A program made the position numbers and the translations under genes. The notes under the pieces are model-generated. The model searched no databases. It was not told the DNA's origin and was given only the letters and a program-made list of their open reading frames with translations. 64,000 nt of DNA, taken from IMG/VR virus record IMGVR_UViG_3300000318_000002, positions 1 through 64,000 of that record; one strand, given 5' to 3'. Source of the stretch: a virus. Below are positions 10,025 through 19,727 of the stretch, piece by piece. Each line of letters opens with the position of its first letter. Position 1 is the first letter of the stretch.

Positions 10025-12295
10025 ATGCACGAATATGTTGAAAAATATGCGAATCAAGGTTTTAAAATATTTCCATGTAACATGGATAAAACACCCGCGA
10101 CAAGTAATGGCTTTTATGCGGCAGTAAATGATTATAATATCCTTTCCCGTCAATTTTATAAACCTGAAATATTGATAGGATTCCCAACGGGGAATACTAA
10201 TGGGATTGTAGTTATTGATTTTGATATAAATAAAGAAATTATCGGAACACGAAAAAAAGATTTAAATGGAAAACCGATTATTGGTTCTGGAGAAATCGAT
10301 CAAAGATCCGTTGACGATTTAATTGAAGAATTAAAAAATATTTCACCGGATAAACAATTTGATATAAATACATTTACTGTAGAGACACCAAGCGGAGGAC
10401 GACATTTATATTTTAAAACTGAAAATACAAAACTCAATTCCTCATCACGATCTTTTTTAAAATCGTTGCCTGTTGATATCCGAGCAAATGGCGGATACGT
10501 GGTTGCTCCAGACGGAAAAAAATATATTATTTATGATGATGTCGATAATCTTGAAATTGAAAATATAAAGAATCGTTGTTTGCTTCTTCCGGAATGGATA
10601 GAAAATTATGCAAAGCCTAATGAACATAGCGCAGTTACACAAGATGCTTGCGGTTCTGAATTATTACCGGCAACAGAGATAAGAGAATTACGTTCCGCAT
10701 TATGTTACATTGATGCAGATGAGCGGGACACATGGATTCAAGTAGGTCTTGCGCTCAAAAGCACAATGACCGGCGATCAGGCAAAGGGGATATGGACTGA
10801 ATGGAGTATGAAGTCCGACAAATTTGATTCTGCGATGAATGAAAAAACATGGAAGGGGTTAAAACCTCATGATATTTCTATCGCGTCCATTTTCCATCTC
10901 GCTAAACAAAAGGGATGGACAACAACCTATACAGATGCAGATAATATTCAAGCAACAGCTGAAAGACCTATTATTGTTAAATCTGGAGACGCACCGACAA
11001 TAATAAAATCTGCAAAGTTTCTTTCAAAACCATTATTCCCGAAATCATTATTGCGTCCTCCTGGGTTTTTGGGCGAATTAACTGATTATATGAATATCAA
11101 CGCAATCAAAGATCAGCCTATTTTGCATGTCGGCGCGGCATTTGCGCTTGCCGGAGCATTGATGGGTAGAAAATATGAAACAGATACAGAAATACGAACA
11201 AATCTTTATATAATCGGACTTGGTGAATCAGGATGCGGTAAAGAAACTGCAAGATCATGTATAAAAAAAATACTTAACTCATCCGCTAAACGAGGTGTTC
11301 CGGAAATGGGAAGAGTAGAAGAGATTGCTTCAGATACTGCTATTTACAATTCATTAAATGAAAATTTAAGTCAGATTTTTTTGATAGATGAGATTGGGAG
11401 ACTATTGCAAATGACGCGAAGTGCTTCAAAATCCCCGCATTTATTTGGTATTCCAAGTGTACTTTTAAAATTATATGCTTCCAGTAATTCCATGATGGCG
11501 GCTAAAAGCTATGCTGATACAAAAAAGAATTATGTGTTAAATAATCCTCATTTGTGTATTTATGGATCAGCAACGCAAGATCAATTTTATAGTTCGTTGA
11601 CTGTTGATAATATTTCAGATGGTCTTATTTCTCGAATGCTCATTTTTGAATCTGAAGAAAGAGATCCTATGGAAAAGTTTGGATTAAAGAAAACAAGACC
11701 TTCAATAGATTTAATAAAAAAAGTAGATCATTTATATGGTAAACCTACAAACCAATATCCAGAAGGTAACGCTGATGGAATAGAAACGGTGAGACCTCTG
11801 ATCGTTGATTATACTGAAGATGCTGAGAATCTTGCCAGAAAATATAGCATAGAGATGCACGGAAGAAGAGCAAAACTTGGTGATGATGACAAAGCGAGCG
11901 CAGTTTTTAACCGCGCAGCTCTTACTGTTAGGAAACTTGCTCTTATTTGTGCAATCGCAGATGATGTTTATAATGATCAACCAATAATAAAAGCCGATCA
12001 TGTGGATTATGCGATACAATTAACAAATTATCTTATGGATAACATGTATTATGCCGTTGAAAAAAATCTTGCGGAATCGGAATACGAACAGAGCCTGAAA
12101 AGAATTTATAATCTTATAGCACAAACAGGAACAATGTCAATGTCTCAAATTACGCGGAGAAGTCAGAACCTTACAAGTAAAACAAGAAATGATATTTTAC
12201 ACGCGCTTGTAGAATCAGAAAAAGTTCAGGAAGTATTTGAAGTAAGTGCAACAAAAAGCAAAAAAGTATATCGTATTTTTCAGGAGGATAAATGA
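10025..12295 (+). CDS. bifunctional primase-polymerase (Prim-Pol) with PriCT-2 and DUF3987-like ATPase domain
   Basis: VVIDFD, TPSGGRHLYF, DIRANGGYVVAP; WIQVGLALK..W.EWS (PriCT-2); GESGCGKE Walker A and LIDEIG. Confidence 0.9.
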   Translation: MHEYVEKYANQGFKIFPCNMDKTPATSNGFYAAVNDYNILSRQFYKPEILIGFPTGNTNGIVVIDFDINKEIIGTRKKDLNGKPIIGSGEIDQRSVDDLIEELKNISPDKQFDINTFTVETPSGGRHLYFKTENTKLNSSSRSFLKSLPVDIRANGGYVVAPDGKKYIIYDDVDNLEIENIKNRCLLLPEWIENYAKPNEHSAVTQDACGSELLPATEIRELRSALCYIDADERDTWIQVGLALKSTMTGDQAKGIWTEWSMKSDKFDSAMNEKTWKGLKPHDISIASIFHLAKQKGWTTTYTDADNIQATAERPIIVKSGDAPTIIKSAKFLSKPLFPKSLLRPPGFLGELTDYMNINAIKDQPILHVGAAFALAGALMGRKYETDTEIRTNLYIIGLGESGCGKETARSCIKKILNSSAKRGVPEMGRVEEIASDTAIYNSLNENLSQIFLIDEIGRLLQMTRSASKSPHLFGIPSVLLKLYASSNSMMAAKSYADTKKNYVLNNPHLCIYGSATQDQFYSSLTVDNISDGLISRMLIFESEERDPMEKFGLKKTRPSIDLIKKVDHLYGKPTNQYPEGNADGIETVRPLIVDYTEDAENLARKYSIEMHGRRAKLGDDDKASAVFNRAALTVRKLALICAIADDVYNDQPIIKADHVDYAIQLTNYLMDNMYYAVEKNLAESEYEQSLKRIYNLIAQTGTMSMSQITRRSQNLTSKTRNDILHALVESEKVQEVFEVSATKSKKVYRIFQEDK

Positions 12296-13098
12296 AAAAC
12301 AAAAAAATAGAAAATAAAGAAATACATAAAAATTATAAGAAAAAATTATCTTGTGAACTTTTTAGAGATCATTATCAAAATTTTAAAAAATATAATATTC
12401 CAAAAGCGCAATTAGTAATTGCCGATATTCCATATAATGTTGGAATAAATGCGTTTGCGTCTAATCCATCATGGTATACCGATGGTGATAACAAAAAAGG
12501 CGAAAGTGAATTAGCTGGAAAGCAATTTTTTGATACTGATAAAGATTTTAATGTTAATGAATTTTTTCATTTTTGTTCTAAGTTAATTATTGATGAACCA
12601 AAAGAAAAAGGCAAGGCTGGATGTATGATCATTTTTTGTGAATTTGAACAACAATTTTCTTTAATTGAAATTGCTAAAAAATATGGATTTATGAATTATA
12701 TTAATCTTGTATTTAGAAAAAATTTTTCAGCACAAGTATTAAAGGCAAACATGAAAATAGTGGGGAACTGTGAATATGGTATGATTTTTTATAGAGATAA
12801 ACTCCCAAAATTTAACAATAATGGTAAAATGATTTTTAATTGTATGGAATGGTTAAAAGACACGAAATCGGAAAAAATTCATCCAACACAGAAGCCGATA
12901 AGTGTATTAAGCAACTTAATTTCAATATTTACCGATGAGGGCGATGTTGTAATAGATCCTGTAGCTGGTAGTGGTAGCACTTTACTCGCTGCTAATGATC
13001 TAAAAAGAAATACATATGGTTTTGAAATTAAAAAGAAATTTTTTAATGATGCAAAAAAACATATCGAAAAATTTAAAGAACAAGGAGTATTATTTTGA
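12292..13098 (+). CDS. DNA N6-adenine/N4-cytosine methyltransferase (beta class)
   Basis: DIPY catalytic motif, HPTQKP, DPVAGSGST SAM-binding motif. Confidence 0.92.
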   Translation: MKNKKIENKEIHKNYKKKLSCELFRDHYQNFKKYNIPKAQLVIADIPYNVGINAFASNPSWYTDGDNKKGESELAGKQFFDTDKDFNVNEFFHFCSKLIIDEPKEKGKAGCMIIFCEFEQQFSLIEIAKKYGFMNYINLVFRKNFSAQVLKANMKIVGNCEYGMIFYRDKLPKFNNNGKMIFNCMEWLKDTKSEKIHPTQKPISVLSNLISIFTDEGDVVIDPVAGSGSTLLAANDLKRNTYGFEIKKKFFNDAKKHIEKFKEQGVLF

Positions 13099-13667
13099 AA
13101 CAAATATGGATTGATACTGAAACAACAGGAACAGATCCTAAAAAAGATTCTATTATCGAACTCGCCGCCGTTTTTATTGATGGAGAGATAAAAGATACAT
13201 TCCACCAGTATTGTATCCCTAGTAATAAACCTGAAGACTTTGACGAAGTTTCTAAAAGAAGTCATGGGCTTACATGGGAATTTTTAGAAGAACGTGGTAT
13301 TGCTGAATTTGAGTTGTACTCAACATTCTTAAATTCTTTTTTGCTAAAATATATTGATAAATTTGATAAAAAAGACAAAGCTATTTTTTGCGGTTATAAT
13401 TCAAATTTTGATTCTGATTTTATCAGAGAATTGTTTTCAACTTGTGGGAATAATTTTTATGGGAGCTTTTTTGTATCAATGCCATATGATGTCCGGACAA
13501 AAGTTGCGGAATGTCTTATGTATGATAAAATTCCAATGCTTGTCAATTATAAACTTGAAACGGTTTGTGATTATTTTGATATAGATTTTAAAGCTCATTC
13601 GGCAATTGAAGATATTAATGCCACAATAAAAGTTGATAAAAAAATAAAAAAATTGTTGACAGAATAG
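13095..13667 (+). CDS. DEDDh 3'-5' exonuclease (DnaQ-like)
   Basis: IDTETTG, GYNSNFD, AHSAIED. Confidence 0.92.
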   Translation: MKQIWIDTETTGTDPKKDSIIELAAVFIDGEIKDTFHQYCIPSNKPEDFDEVSKRSHGLTWEFLEERGIAEFELYSTFLNSFLLKYIDKFDKKDKAIFCGYNSNFDSDFIRELFSTCGNNFYGSFFVSMPYDVRTKVAECLMYDKIPMLVNYKLETVCDYFDIDFKAHSAIEDINATIKVDKKIKKLLTE

Positions 13668-13705
13668 ATGGATAAATAAATTGTCTTGTTAAAAGAGAGG
13701 ATAGT

Positions 13706-15511
13706 ATGAGAACAGAATTGATAAGATATGCGAATGGATTTAATGCGAAAGAAGACGTTTTGATATGGATAGAACGACGGGTATCTGATGATGTAGATAT
13801 GTCGGAAGCGGAGCATGTTATTGATTATTTGTGTTCGGACAAAAGACCGGCACGGTTGTCAAGGGCTACATATGAGCAGATGAAGAGCAATGCGGATAAA
13901 TGGAACAAGACGTTACAGAAAAAAGGGAATAAGATATCTGAAACAGAACTTGATACAAAGACTGTTTTAGATTTTGGGGATGGGTTTAAGTTTGTGAAGT
14001 TGGTTTCAAAATCTGCATATGAACGTGAAGGATTTTTGATGAGTCATTGCGTAGCGTCTTATTTTGGTAGAGACGTTGAGATATTTTCTCTTCGGGATAA
14101 AGAGAATAGTCCGCATTGTACTATTGAGAAAGACGTGCAGATTAAGGGTAAAGGGAATGGGGATATTCATCCGAATTATATTGATTACGTGGTCAGATTT
14201 TTGGAATTTACCGGTATGAATGTTCGTGATTCGGAGATGGAGCATTTGGGATATCGGAGAGAAATGTTCCCAAAATATTGTTTGAATAAATTGTACAGAG
14301 AGAAATATATAAGGGATAATGAAGAAAGTAAATATAGTGATGAGATAATAATATTTGATAATTTTGAAGAACTTAAAAAATACAAGGGAAACAAAATAAA
14401 AGGGTATTCAGGTTCTCTTTATCTCAGAAATACAGCAATAACATCATTGCCAGACAATATGAGTGTTGGGGGTTATCTTGATCTCAGAAATACAGCAATA
14501 ACATCATTGCCAGACAATATGAGTTTTGGGGGTGATCTTTATCTCAGTAATACAGCAATAACATCATTGCCAGACAATATGAGTGTTGGGGGTTCTCTTG
14601 ATCTCAGAAATACAGCAATAACGTCATTGCCAGACAATATGAGTGTTGGGGGTTATCTTGATCTCAGCGGAACATCGATAACAACATTGCCAGACAATAT
14701 GAGTGTTGGGGGTTATCTTGATCTCAGCGGAACATCGATAACAACATTGCCAGACAATATGAGTTTTGGGGGTGATCTTTATCTCAGAAATACAGCAATA
14801 ACGTCATTGCCAGACAATTTGAGTGTTGGGGGTTCTCTTGATCTCAGCGGAACATCGATAACAACATTGCCAGACAATATGAGTGTTGGGGGTTCTCTTG
14901 ATCTCAGAAATACAGCAATAACGTCATTGCCAGACAATTTGAGTGTTGGGGGTTATCTTGATCTCAGCGGAACATCAATAACGTCATTGCCAGACAATAT
15001 GAGTGTTGGGGGTGATCTTGATCTCAGAAATACAGCAATAACATCATTGCCAGACAATATGAGGGTTGGGGGTTCTCTTTATCTCAGAAATACAGCAATA
15101 AAGTCATTGCCAGACAATATGAGTTTTGGGGGTGATCTTTATCTCAGAAATACAGCAATAACGTCATTGCCAGACAATTTGAGTGTTGGGGGTTATCTTG
15201 ATCTCAGCGGAACATCAATAACGTCATTGCCAGACAATTTGAGTGTTGGGGGTTATCTTGATCTCAGAAATACAGCAATAAAGTCATTGCCAGACAATAT
15301 GAGTGTTGGGGGTTATCTTTATCTCAGAAATACAGCAATAAAGTCATTGCCAGACAATATGAGTGTTGGGGGTTCTCTTGATCTCAGAAATACAGCAATA
15401 ACATCATTGCCAGACAATATGAGTGTTGGGGGTGATCTTTATCTCAGCAGAACACAGAGAACTAAAGACCAAACAAAAAATATAAAAGTAAACGGCAATA
15501 TCTATTTCTAA
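13706..15511 (+). CDS. PcfJ-like N-terminal domain fused to leucine-rich repeat array
   Basis: REGFLMSHCVASY...IFSLRD...PHCTIE..QIKGKGN followed by 17+ 20-aa repeats GGxLxLxxTxITSLPDNMSV. Confidence 0.75.
   Translation: MRTELIRYANGFNAKEDVLIWIERRVSDDVDMSEAEHVIDYLCSDKRPARLSRATYEQMKSNADKWNKTLQKKGNKISETELDTKTVLDFGDGFKFVKLVSKSAYEREGFLMSHCVASYFGRDVEIFSLRDKENSPHCTIEKDVQIKGKGNGDIHPNYIDYVVRFLEFTGMNVRDSEMEHLGYRREMFPKYCLNKLYREKYIRDNEESKYSDEIIIFDNFEELKKYKGNKIKGYSGSLYLRNTAITSLPDNMSVGGYLDLRNTAITSLPDNMSFGGDLYLSNTAITSLPDNMSVGGSLDLRNTAITSLPDNMSVGGYLDLSGTSITTLPDNMSVGGYLDLSGTSITTLPDNMSFGGDLYLRNTAITSLPDNLSVGGSLDLSGTSITTLPDNMSVGGSLDLRNTAITSLPDNLSVGGYLDLSGTSITSLPDNMSVGGDLDLRNTAITSLPDNMRVGGSLYLRNTAIKSLPDNMSFGGDLYLRNTAITSLPDNLSVGGYLDLSGTSITSLPDNLSVGGYLDLRNTAIKSLPDNMSVGGYLYLRNTAIKSLPDNMSVGGSLDLRNTAITSLPDNMSVGGDLYLSRTQRTKDQTKNIKVNGNIYF
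14411..15448 (+). repeat. 60-bp tandem repeat, 17 full units plus a partial unit
   Basis: Column-aligned 60-nt periodicity visible directly in the sequence. Confidence 0.97.
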
Positions 15512-15526
15512 TTTAAAGGTGGGCAT

Positions 15527-16027
15527 ATGTTTTCTTTATTTAAAAAAACAGATGAAACAATACGATTACAATCATATAATTCAGGATTTAAAGAATGTGA
15601 ACATATAATGCGTATAGAAATGAATAATTTCCGGAAAGAATTTAATGATGAAAAATTAAAACTTAGATCTGAACACGAAAAAGCACTAAAAGAAGAACGG
15701 AAGCGCGTCGAAAATAATCTTGGTAATAAAATTGCAGAACAATTTTCAGAAATCTCCGATCTTAAATTCCAACTTTCAAAATCGCGTAAAGGATGGCATA
15801 TTTTTCAAGACTTTATTCCTCAGGTCATGGATATTGCGCATAAAGTAAAATCTCAAGCGATGAGCGATTTAAGTAAAGCTTCTGAAAAATTAAGCAGCAC
15901 AGATGCTGTACTTTACAATATTGAACATATTGGATCGCGTATCGAAAAAATGAAACCAAAAGTTGATAAACTTATAGGGTTTGATGAAGATGAAATAATA
16001 AAAAATAATAAGGAAGGTGTGAAATGA
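15527..16027 (+). CDS. coiled-coil hypothetical protein
   Basis: 166-aa ORF in operon. Confidence 0.6.
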   Translation: MFSLFKKTDETIRLQSYNSGFKECEHIMRIEMNNFRKEFNDEKLKLRSEHEKALKEERKRVENNLGNKIAEQFSEISDLKFQLSKSRKGWHIFQDFIPQVMDIAHKVKSQAMSDLSKASEKLSSTDAVLYNIEHIGSRIEKMKPKVDKLIGFDEDEIIKNNKEGVK

Positions 16028-16374
16028 ACGAAGATAGAAAAACAACGCCATTACTGGGAAAAGAAGTATCTGAAATGTTTAAAATTCCCGAACCATATTC
16101 TGATAAAGAACTAAATTGTTTTGAAACAAAAGCGTATCCTTTTAAATCAAAACCAATGCCTATTTCCCCTGACTATATAAAAATAAGAAAAATCCATCTT
16201 GTTTTTATCGGTATTGGTTTTTTAATAATTTTAGGGATTCTTATCAATATAGCAATCTCCTTGCATGAAATAAGATCCGAGCAATCACATATTAGATCAG
16301 ATATCTCGGATATCCACAGCGTCACCGAAGATATTGGCAGAACAATTCAAATAACGGAAGGAACTATAAAATGA
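16024..16374 (+). CDS. membrane protein, single TM helix
   Basis: Hydrophobic stretch LVFIGIGFLIILGILINIAISL; ATGA overlaps. Confidence 0.6.
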   Translation: MNEDRKTTPLLGKEVSEMFKIPEPYSDKELNCFETKAYPFKSKPMPISPDYIKIRKIHLVFIGIGFLIILGILINIAISLHEIRSEQSHIRSDISDIHSVTEDIGRTIQITEGTIK

Positions 16375-16946
16375 AAACAAATATTATGATTGATATTGAG
16401 ACTTTAAGTGTAAATTCAAATGCTCTTATCTTATCTATTGGAGCTTGTGAATTTTCAAAAACAATTGGCATTGGCGATACTTTTTACAAAACTATTAACA
16501 TGGAATCATCTTTACGCCATGGTTTTAAAATTGATGGTAAAACAATTGAATGGTGGTTAAAACAAACAAATGAAGCAAAAAAAGATTTATTTGATAGTAA
16601 CAGTTTTACAATAAAACAAGTGTTAATTTATTTTTCTGATTGGTTAAATTGCTATAATGATGTAAAAAATATTAATATTTGGGGTAATGGATCTGATTTT
16701 GATAATGCAATTTTAAAAAACGCATATGAGCGTATGGATATATCTATTCCGTGGGATTATAGAAATAACCGATGCTTTAGAACATTAAAATCTCTATTTC
16801 CTAACATTGAAAAACCTAAAACAAACAATCATCACAATGCTTTAGGTGATGCTATGTGGCAGGCAAAATATGCTATTAATGTGTGGGAAGAATACGAAAT
16901 GAAAGTCGCTTCAGGGGAAATGACGTTCCCTTCATTTTTTGAATAA
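16371..16946 (+). CDS. 3'-5' exonuclease (Rv2179c/DUF5051-like)
   Basis: IMIDIETL, TIEWWLKQ, WGNGSDFD, HNALGDA. Confidence 0.9.
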   Translation: MKTNIMIDIETLSVNSNALILSIGACEFSKTIGIGDTFYKTINMESSLRHGFKIDGKTIEWWLKQTNEAKKDLFDSNSFTIKQVLIYFSDWLNCYNDVKNINIWGNGSDFDNAILKNAYERMDISIPWDYRNNRCFRTLKSLFPNIEKPKTNNHHNALGDAMWQAKYAINVWEEYEMKVASGEMTFPSFFE

Positions 16947-16957
16947 GGAACTATAAA

Positions 16958-17290
16958 ATGAATATTGAATCAAAAAAAATACAAGATAATGCTTTTTACG
17001 AAGTTAGAGTTGAACGATCCCGTCAAGAAGAACTATGGAAAGAACAGAATCATAGTCCGGAATACTGGCTATCTATACTAGGTAAAGAGTTTGGAGAAGT
17101 TTGTAAAGCAGTTTGTGAAAAAAATTATGGCATCGGTACAAAAGGGAATTACAGAGAAGAGCTTACTCATGTTGCGGCGATTGCTATTCAAATGATTGAA
17201 TGTTTTGACCGGAAGCAAATCGCCATAGAAAAATGTATAAATAATATGGCTTTTGAAAATGATAAAAAAAAATATAATGAGGCTAAATAA
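16958..17290 (+). CDS. MazG-like nucleotide pyrophosphohydrolase
   Basis: ERSRQ..LW, WLSILGKEFGEV..A, REELTHVAAIAI. Confidence 0.8.
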   Translation: MNIESKKIQDNAFYEVRVERSRQEELWKEQNHSPEYWLSILGKEFGEVCKAVCEKNYGIGTKGNYREELTHVAAIAIQMIECFDRKQIAIEKCINNMAFENDKKKYNEAK

Positions 17291-17688
17291 TGGGGCATTG
17301 TAATCAATGTGGGAAATGTTGTGAAGCTATTATGTTGCCTCATTCTCCTGAACAAATAAAAGAGATAGTCAAATCACATAAAGAAAATAATTATATCAGT
17401 GATCCTTCATGGGAATTTGCACTGAATCATTGGCATGTAATGTCTAAAGAACAAGCTTTTAAATTAAATCCTTATTTGGCTTTACAAAAAGAAAGAGTAA
17501 ATAAACCAAACGTATATTTTTACGCTTGTGATAAATTTGGCAAAAAATCTCGTCTTTGTCTTTGCCATGATATCCGACCGCCTGTTTGTATTAATTATCC
17601 GTGGTATAATGGAGGAGTAGAATATCGTGAATCTTTTTATTCAGAAACATGTGGATTTAAAGAAGATCAAATTTTAAGGAAGGAATAA
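17290..17688 (+). CDS. YkgJ family CxxCxxCC cysteine-cluster protein
   Basis: CNQCGKCC...C...C..H..RP.VC..YP. Confidence 0.85.
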   Translation: MGHCNQCGKCCEAIMLPHSPEQIKEIVKSHKENNYISDPSWEFALNHWHVMSKEQAFKLNPYLALQKERVNKPNVYFYACDKFGKKSRLCLCHDIRPPVCINYPWYNGGVEYRESFYSETCGFKEDQILRKE

Positions 17689-17691
17689 GTA

Positions 17692-17958
17692 ATGAAAAGT
17701 AAAATAAAAAAAGGAGGAAAAATTAATTGGGAAGAATTTAGAATAAAACTTTCTAATCTATTGCAGGATTACGAGCTAAAGGATTGCATATTTGCCGGAG
17801 AAAATAATGAGGGTAAAATGATAGGGGTGTTCTCTGCGGAAAACGCCGAAGGCGTATATACTCAAAAAGGAATTGTCAATAGTTCTTTTAACGCGGCAAG
17901 GTTATATCAATCATCACGCGAAAGAATAATGAGCACAATAGATCAAGTAAAGGTGTAA
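17692..17958 (+). CDS. hypothetical protein
   Basis: ORF in operon. Confidence 0.55.
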   Translation: MKSKIKKGGKINWEEFRIKLSNLLQDYELKDCIFAGENNEGKMIGVFSAENAEGVYTQKGIVNSSFNAARLYQSSRERIMSTIDQVKV

Positions 17959-17960
17959 TA

Positions 17961-18230
17961 ATGGAGCGCATAATGAAAAAGCAATATTTTGATGATATAA
18001 AAGATGTTGAAGAATTTGTAAAAAGCATAACATGTGTTAACGATGTACGAGAAGAAATGGTAAAGGGAATAATAGCGCATGGCTACATAAAAAAAAGTCC
18101 AGTTGACGAAGCAGAAGAAATGTATAACCGGCTTGGATCAATGTCGTCAAGAGAAGCAGTTGATGATGTCGTTCGCAAACAGCACGAAGCAATTCAGTAT
18201 CTAAAAAAACAATTAGGAGAAATAAAATGA
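17961..18230 (+). CDS. hypothetical protein
   Basis: ORF in operon. Confidence 0.55.
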   Translation: MERIMKKQYFDDIKDVEEFVKSITCVNDVREEMVKGIIAHGYIKKSPVDEAEEMYNRLGSMSSREAVDDVVRKQHEAIQYLKKQLGEIK

Positions 18231-18826
18231 CAACAAAAATAGAAACTGGGAATATTATTGCAGTATCATGGTCAAATGAGATTTAAACAATTGAATTTAA
18301 TAATGGTTCGGTAACTGAATATTCTAATGTTCCCGAAGGTCTTTATGCGGGGATTACTACGGCTCAAAGTGCTGATGCTTATCTGCGTAAGTATATATAT
18401 TGCAAATATGAAAGCAAAATTATTAAGAGAACTACAGTTGGAAATAGATTAAAAGTTCTTGAATATCATAAAGATTCAACGGTTGGTCTTTGGGCAACAG
18501 ATAGACCTTATATGATACCTGACGATATAAAAGATAAATATTTCTTTATGATTACAGACCCTGAAAATGAAGATAAAAAAGATGTTTTAAATGAGGAGCA
18601 GACGGTTATTAAAGAGAAATACACCGATGAAGAATTATTTATAAAATTATATACTCAGCTTGGTTTTAATATAATCGAAGAAGAAGACTTTAAGACGGTT
18701 AGTACTCTATCTTTTGAATATATAAAAGAAGGGGAAGAAGAGTATACAATTGTTGCTAAATTTCAATTTGGTAAATTTATTGCTCAAAAATTTTATTTGA
18801 AAAGAAGAGTATACAATTGTTTCTAA
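18227..18826 (+). pseudogene. KTSC-domain gene with an in-frame TAA at codon 20
   Basis: MTTKIETGNIIAVSWSNEI*TIEFNNGSVTEYSNVPEGLYAGITTAQSA...; AGGAG RBS and ATGA overlap; stop at 18284-18286; frame continues into the annotated 18512-18826 ORF. Confidence 0.7.
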
Positions 18827-18867
18827 ATTTCAATTTGGTAAATTTATTGCTCAAAAATTTTATTTGA
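18735..18867 (+). repeat. 66-bp tandem duplication (18735-18800, 18802-18867), one mismatch
   Basis: AAGAAGAGTATACAATTGTT(G/T)CTAAATTTCAATTTGGTAAATTTATTGCTCAAAAATTTTATTTGA twice. Confidence 0.92.
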
Positions 18868-18927
18868 GAAGATAATTAACTCAAAAGCTACTTAATCATC
18901 ATTTTGTGATGTATGTTTATTAAAGAG

Positions 18928-19000
18928 TATGCGTACAAGCCCCATACTCTGCTTAGAAACGCTCCTATGGGGCTTGTTTTTTATGGTTTCGATACGGATA
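18928..19000. repeat. intergenic hairpin element, copy 2
   Basis: CGTACAAGCCCCATACTCTGCTTAGAAACGCTCCTATGGGGCTTG; stem AAGCCCCATA/TATGGGGCTT followed by a T run. Confidence 0.7.
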
Positions 19001-19047
19001 TTTTGTTTTTTGGCGTATGCCATACAATCAATTCAGGAAGGTGTTTT

Positions 19048-19284
19048 ATGAAAAAAGAAGAAAAAAAAGGGTATCTTTGTTTAAAATGCAGAATTGCAAA
19101 ACCAAATCAATACTATAAACGATTAATCCATCATAATAAGCTTTATTGTTTTTTATTTAAAAAACCACGATATGAAACAGAAATATATTGTATTATTTGC
19201 GGTAAAATAAAAACAAACATGCCTGATACTCCGCCTGGATTAAGCGAATATATCCCCTTTTTTGTTTCAAATAAAAATAAATAA
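19048..19284 (+). CDS. small Cys-rich hypothetical protein
   Basis: AGGAAGG RBS supports start 19048; CLKC...CIICG. Confidence 0.5.
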   Translation: MKKEEKKGYLCLKCRIAKPNQYYKRLIHHNKLYCFLFKKPRYETEIYCIICGKIKTNMPDTPPGLSEYIPFFVSNKNK

Positions 19285-19316
19285 AAAATATAAAGTAAAT
19301 TTAAGGAAGGTGTTTT

Positions 19317-19694
19317 ATGTATCTTGACGAATATTTAATCGCAATAAGACCAGATGGAGAATTTTTTAGAGTAAGACCATCTGATTCCCCGATAATCCCC
19401 TCGGAATGGGCTTTAGTTAAACATGATAGTCTTGGACGGAATGAGTATTATGATTATCGTAACCGATTGAAGCCCGAATATTGGGGAAACAGGATTTTTA
19501 ATATAAAGAAAGAATATGGCAAGAAGACGATATATTTAAAAAGAGTTTTGAAAAGGCGTTGTTCATTCGAACATTATTTCCAACCCACAAAAAACCGTAT
19601 ATATGAATGTTACAAAAAACACTCGTGCATATTTTGTACTTTTCGTATTGCAACAGAGGAAGAAATCGCAAAATATAAGGAAGGTAAAAAATGA
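19317..19694 (+). CDS. hypothetical protein
   Basis: RBS; C-terminal FRIATEEEI motif common in phage proteins. Confidence 0.55.
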   Translation: MYLDEYLIAIRPDGEFFRVRPSDSPIIPSEWALVKHDSLGRNEYYDYRNRLKPEYWGNRIFNIKKEYGKKTIYLKRVLKRRCSFEHYFQPTKNRIYECYKKHSCIFCTFRIATEEEIAKYKEGKK

Positions 19695-19727
19695 AAATTT
19701 ACATTACATAGCGATTATCCTACAGCA

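Noticed and set aside
14411-15448. CRISPR array
   Set aside because: Units are contiguous 60-bp coding repeats with no unique spacers; no cas1/cas2; the Cas4-like gene sits in a replication module
18913-19047. N-terminal extension of the 18913-19284 ORF
   Set aside because: Overlaps the hairpin element; the strong RBS lies before ATG 19048
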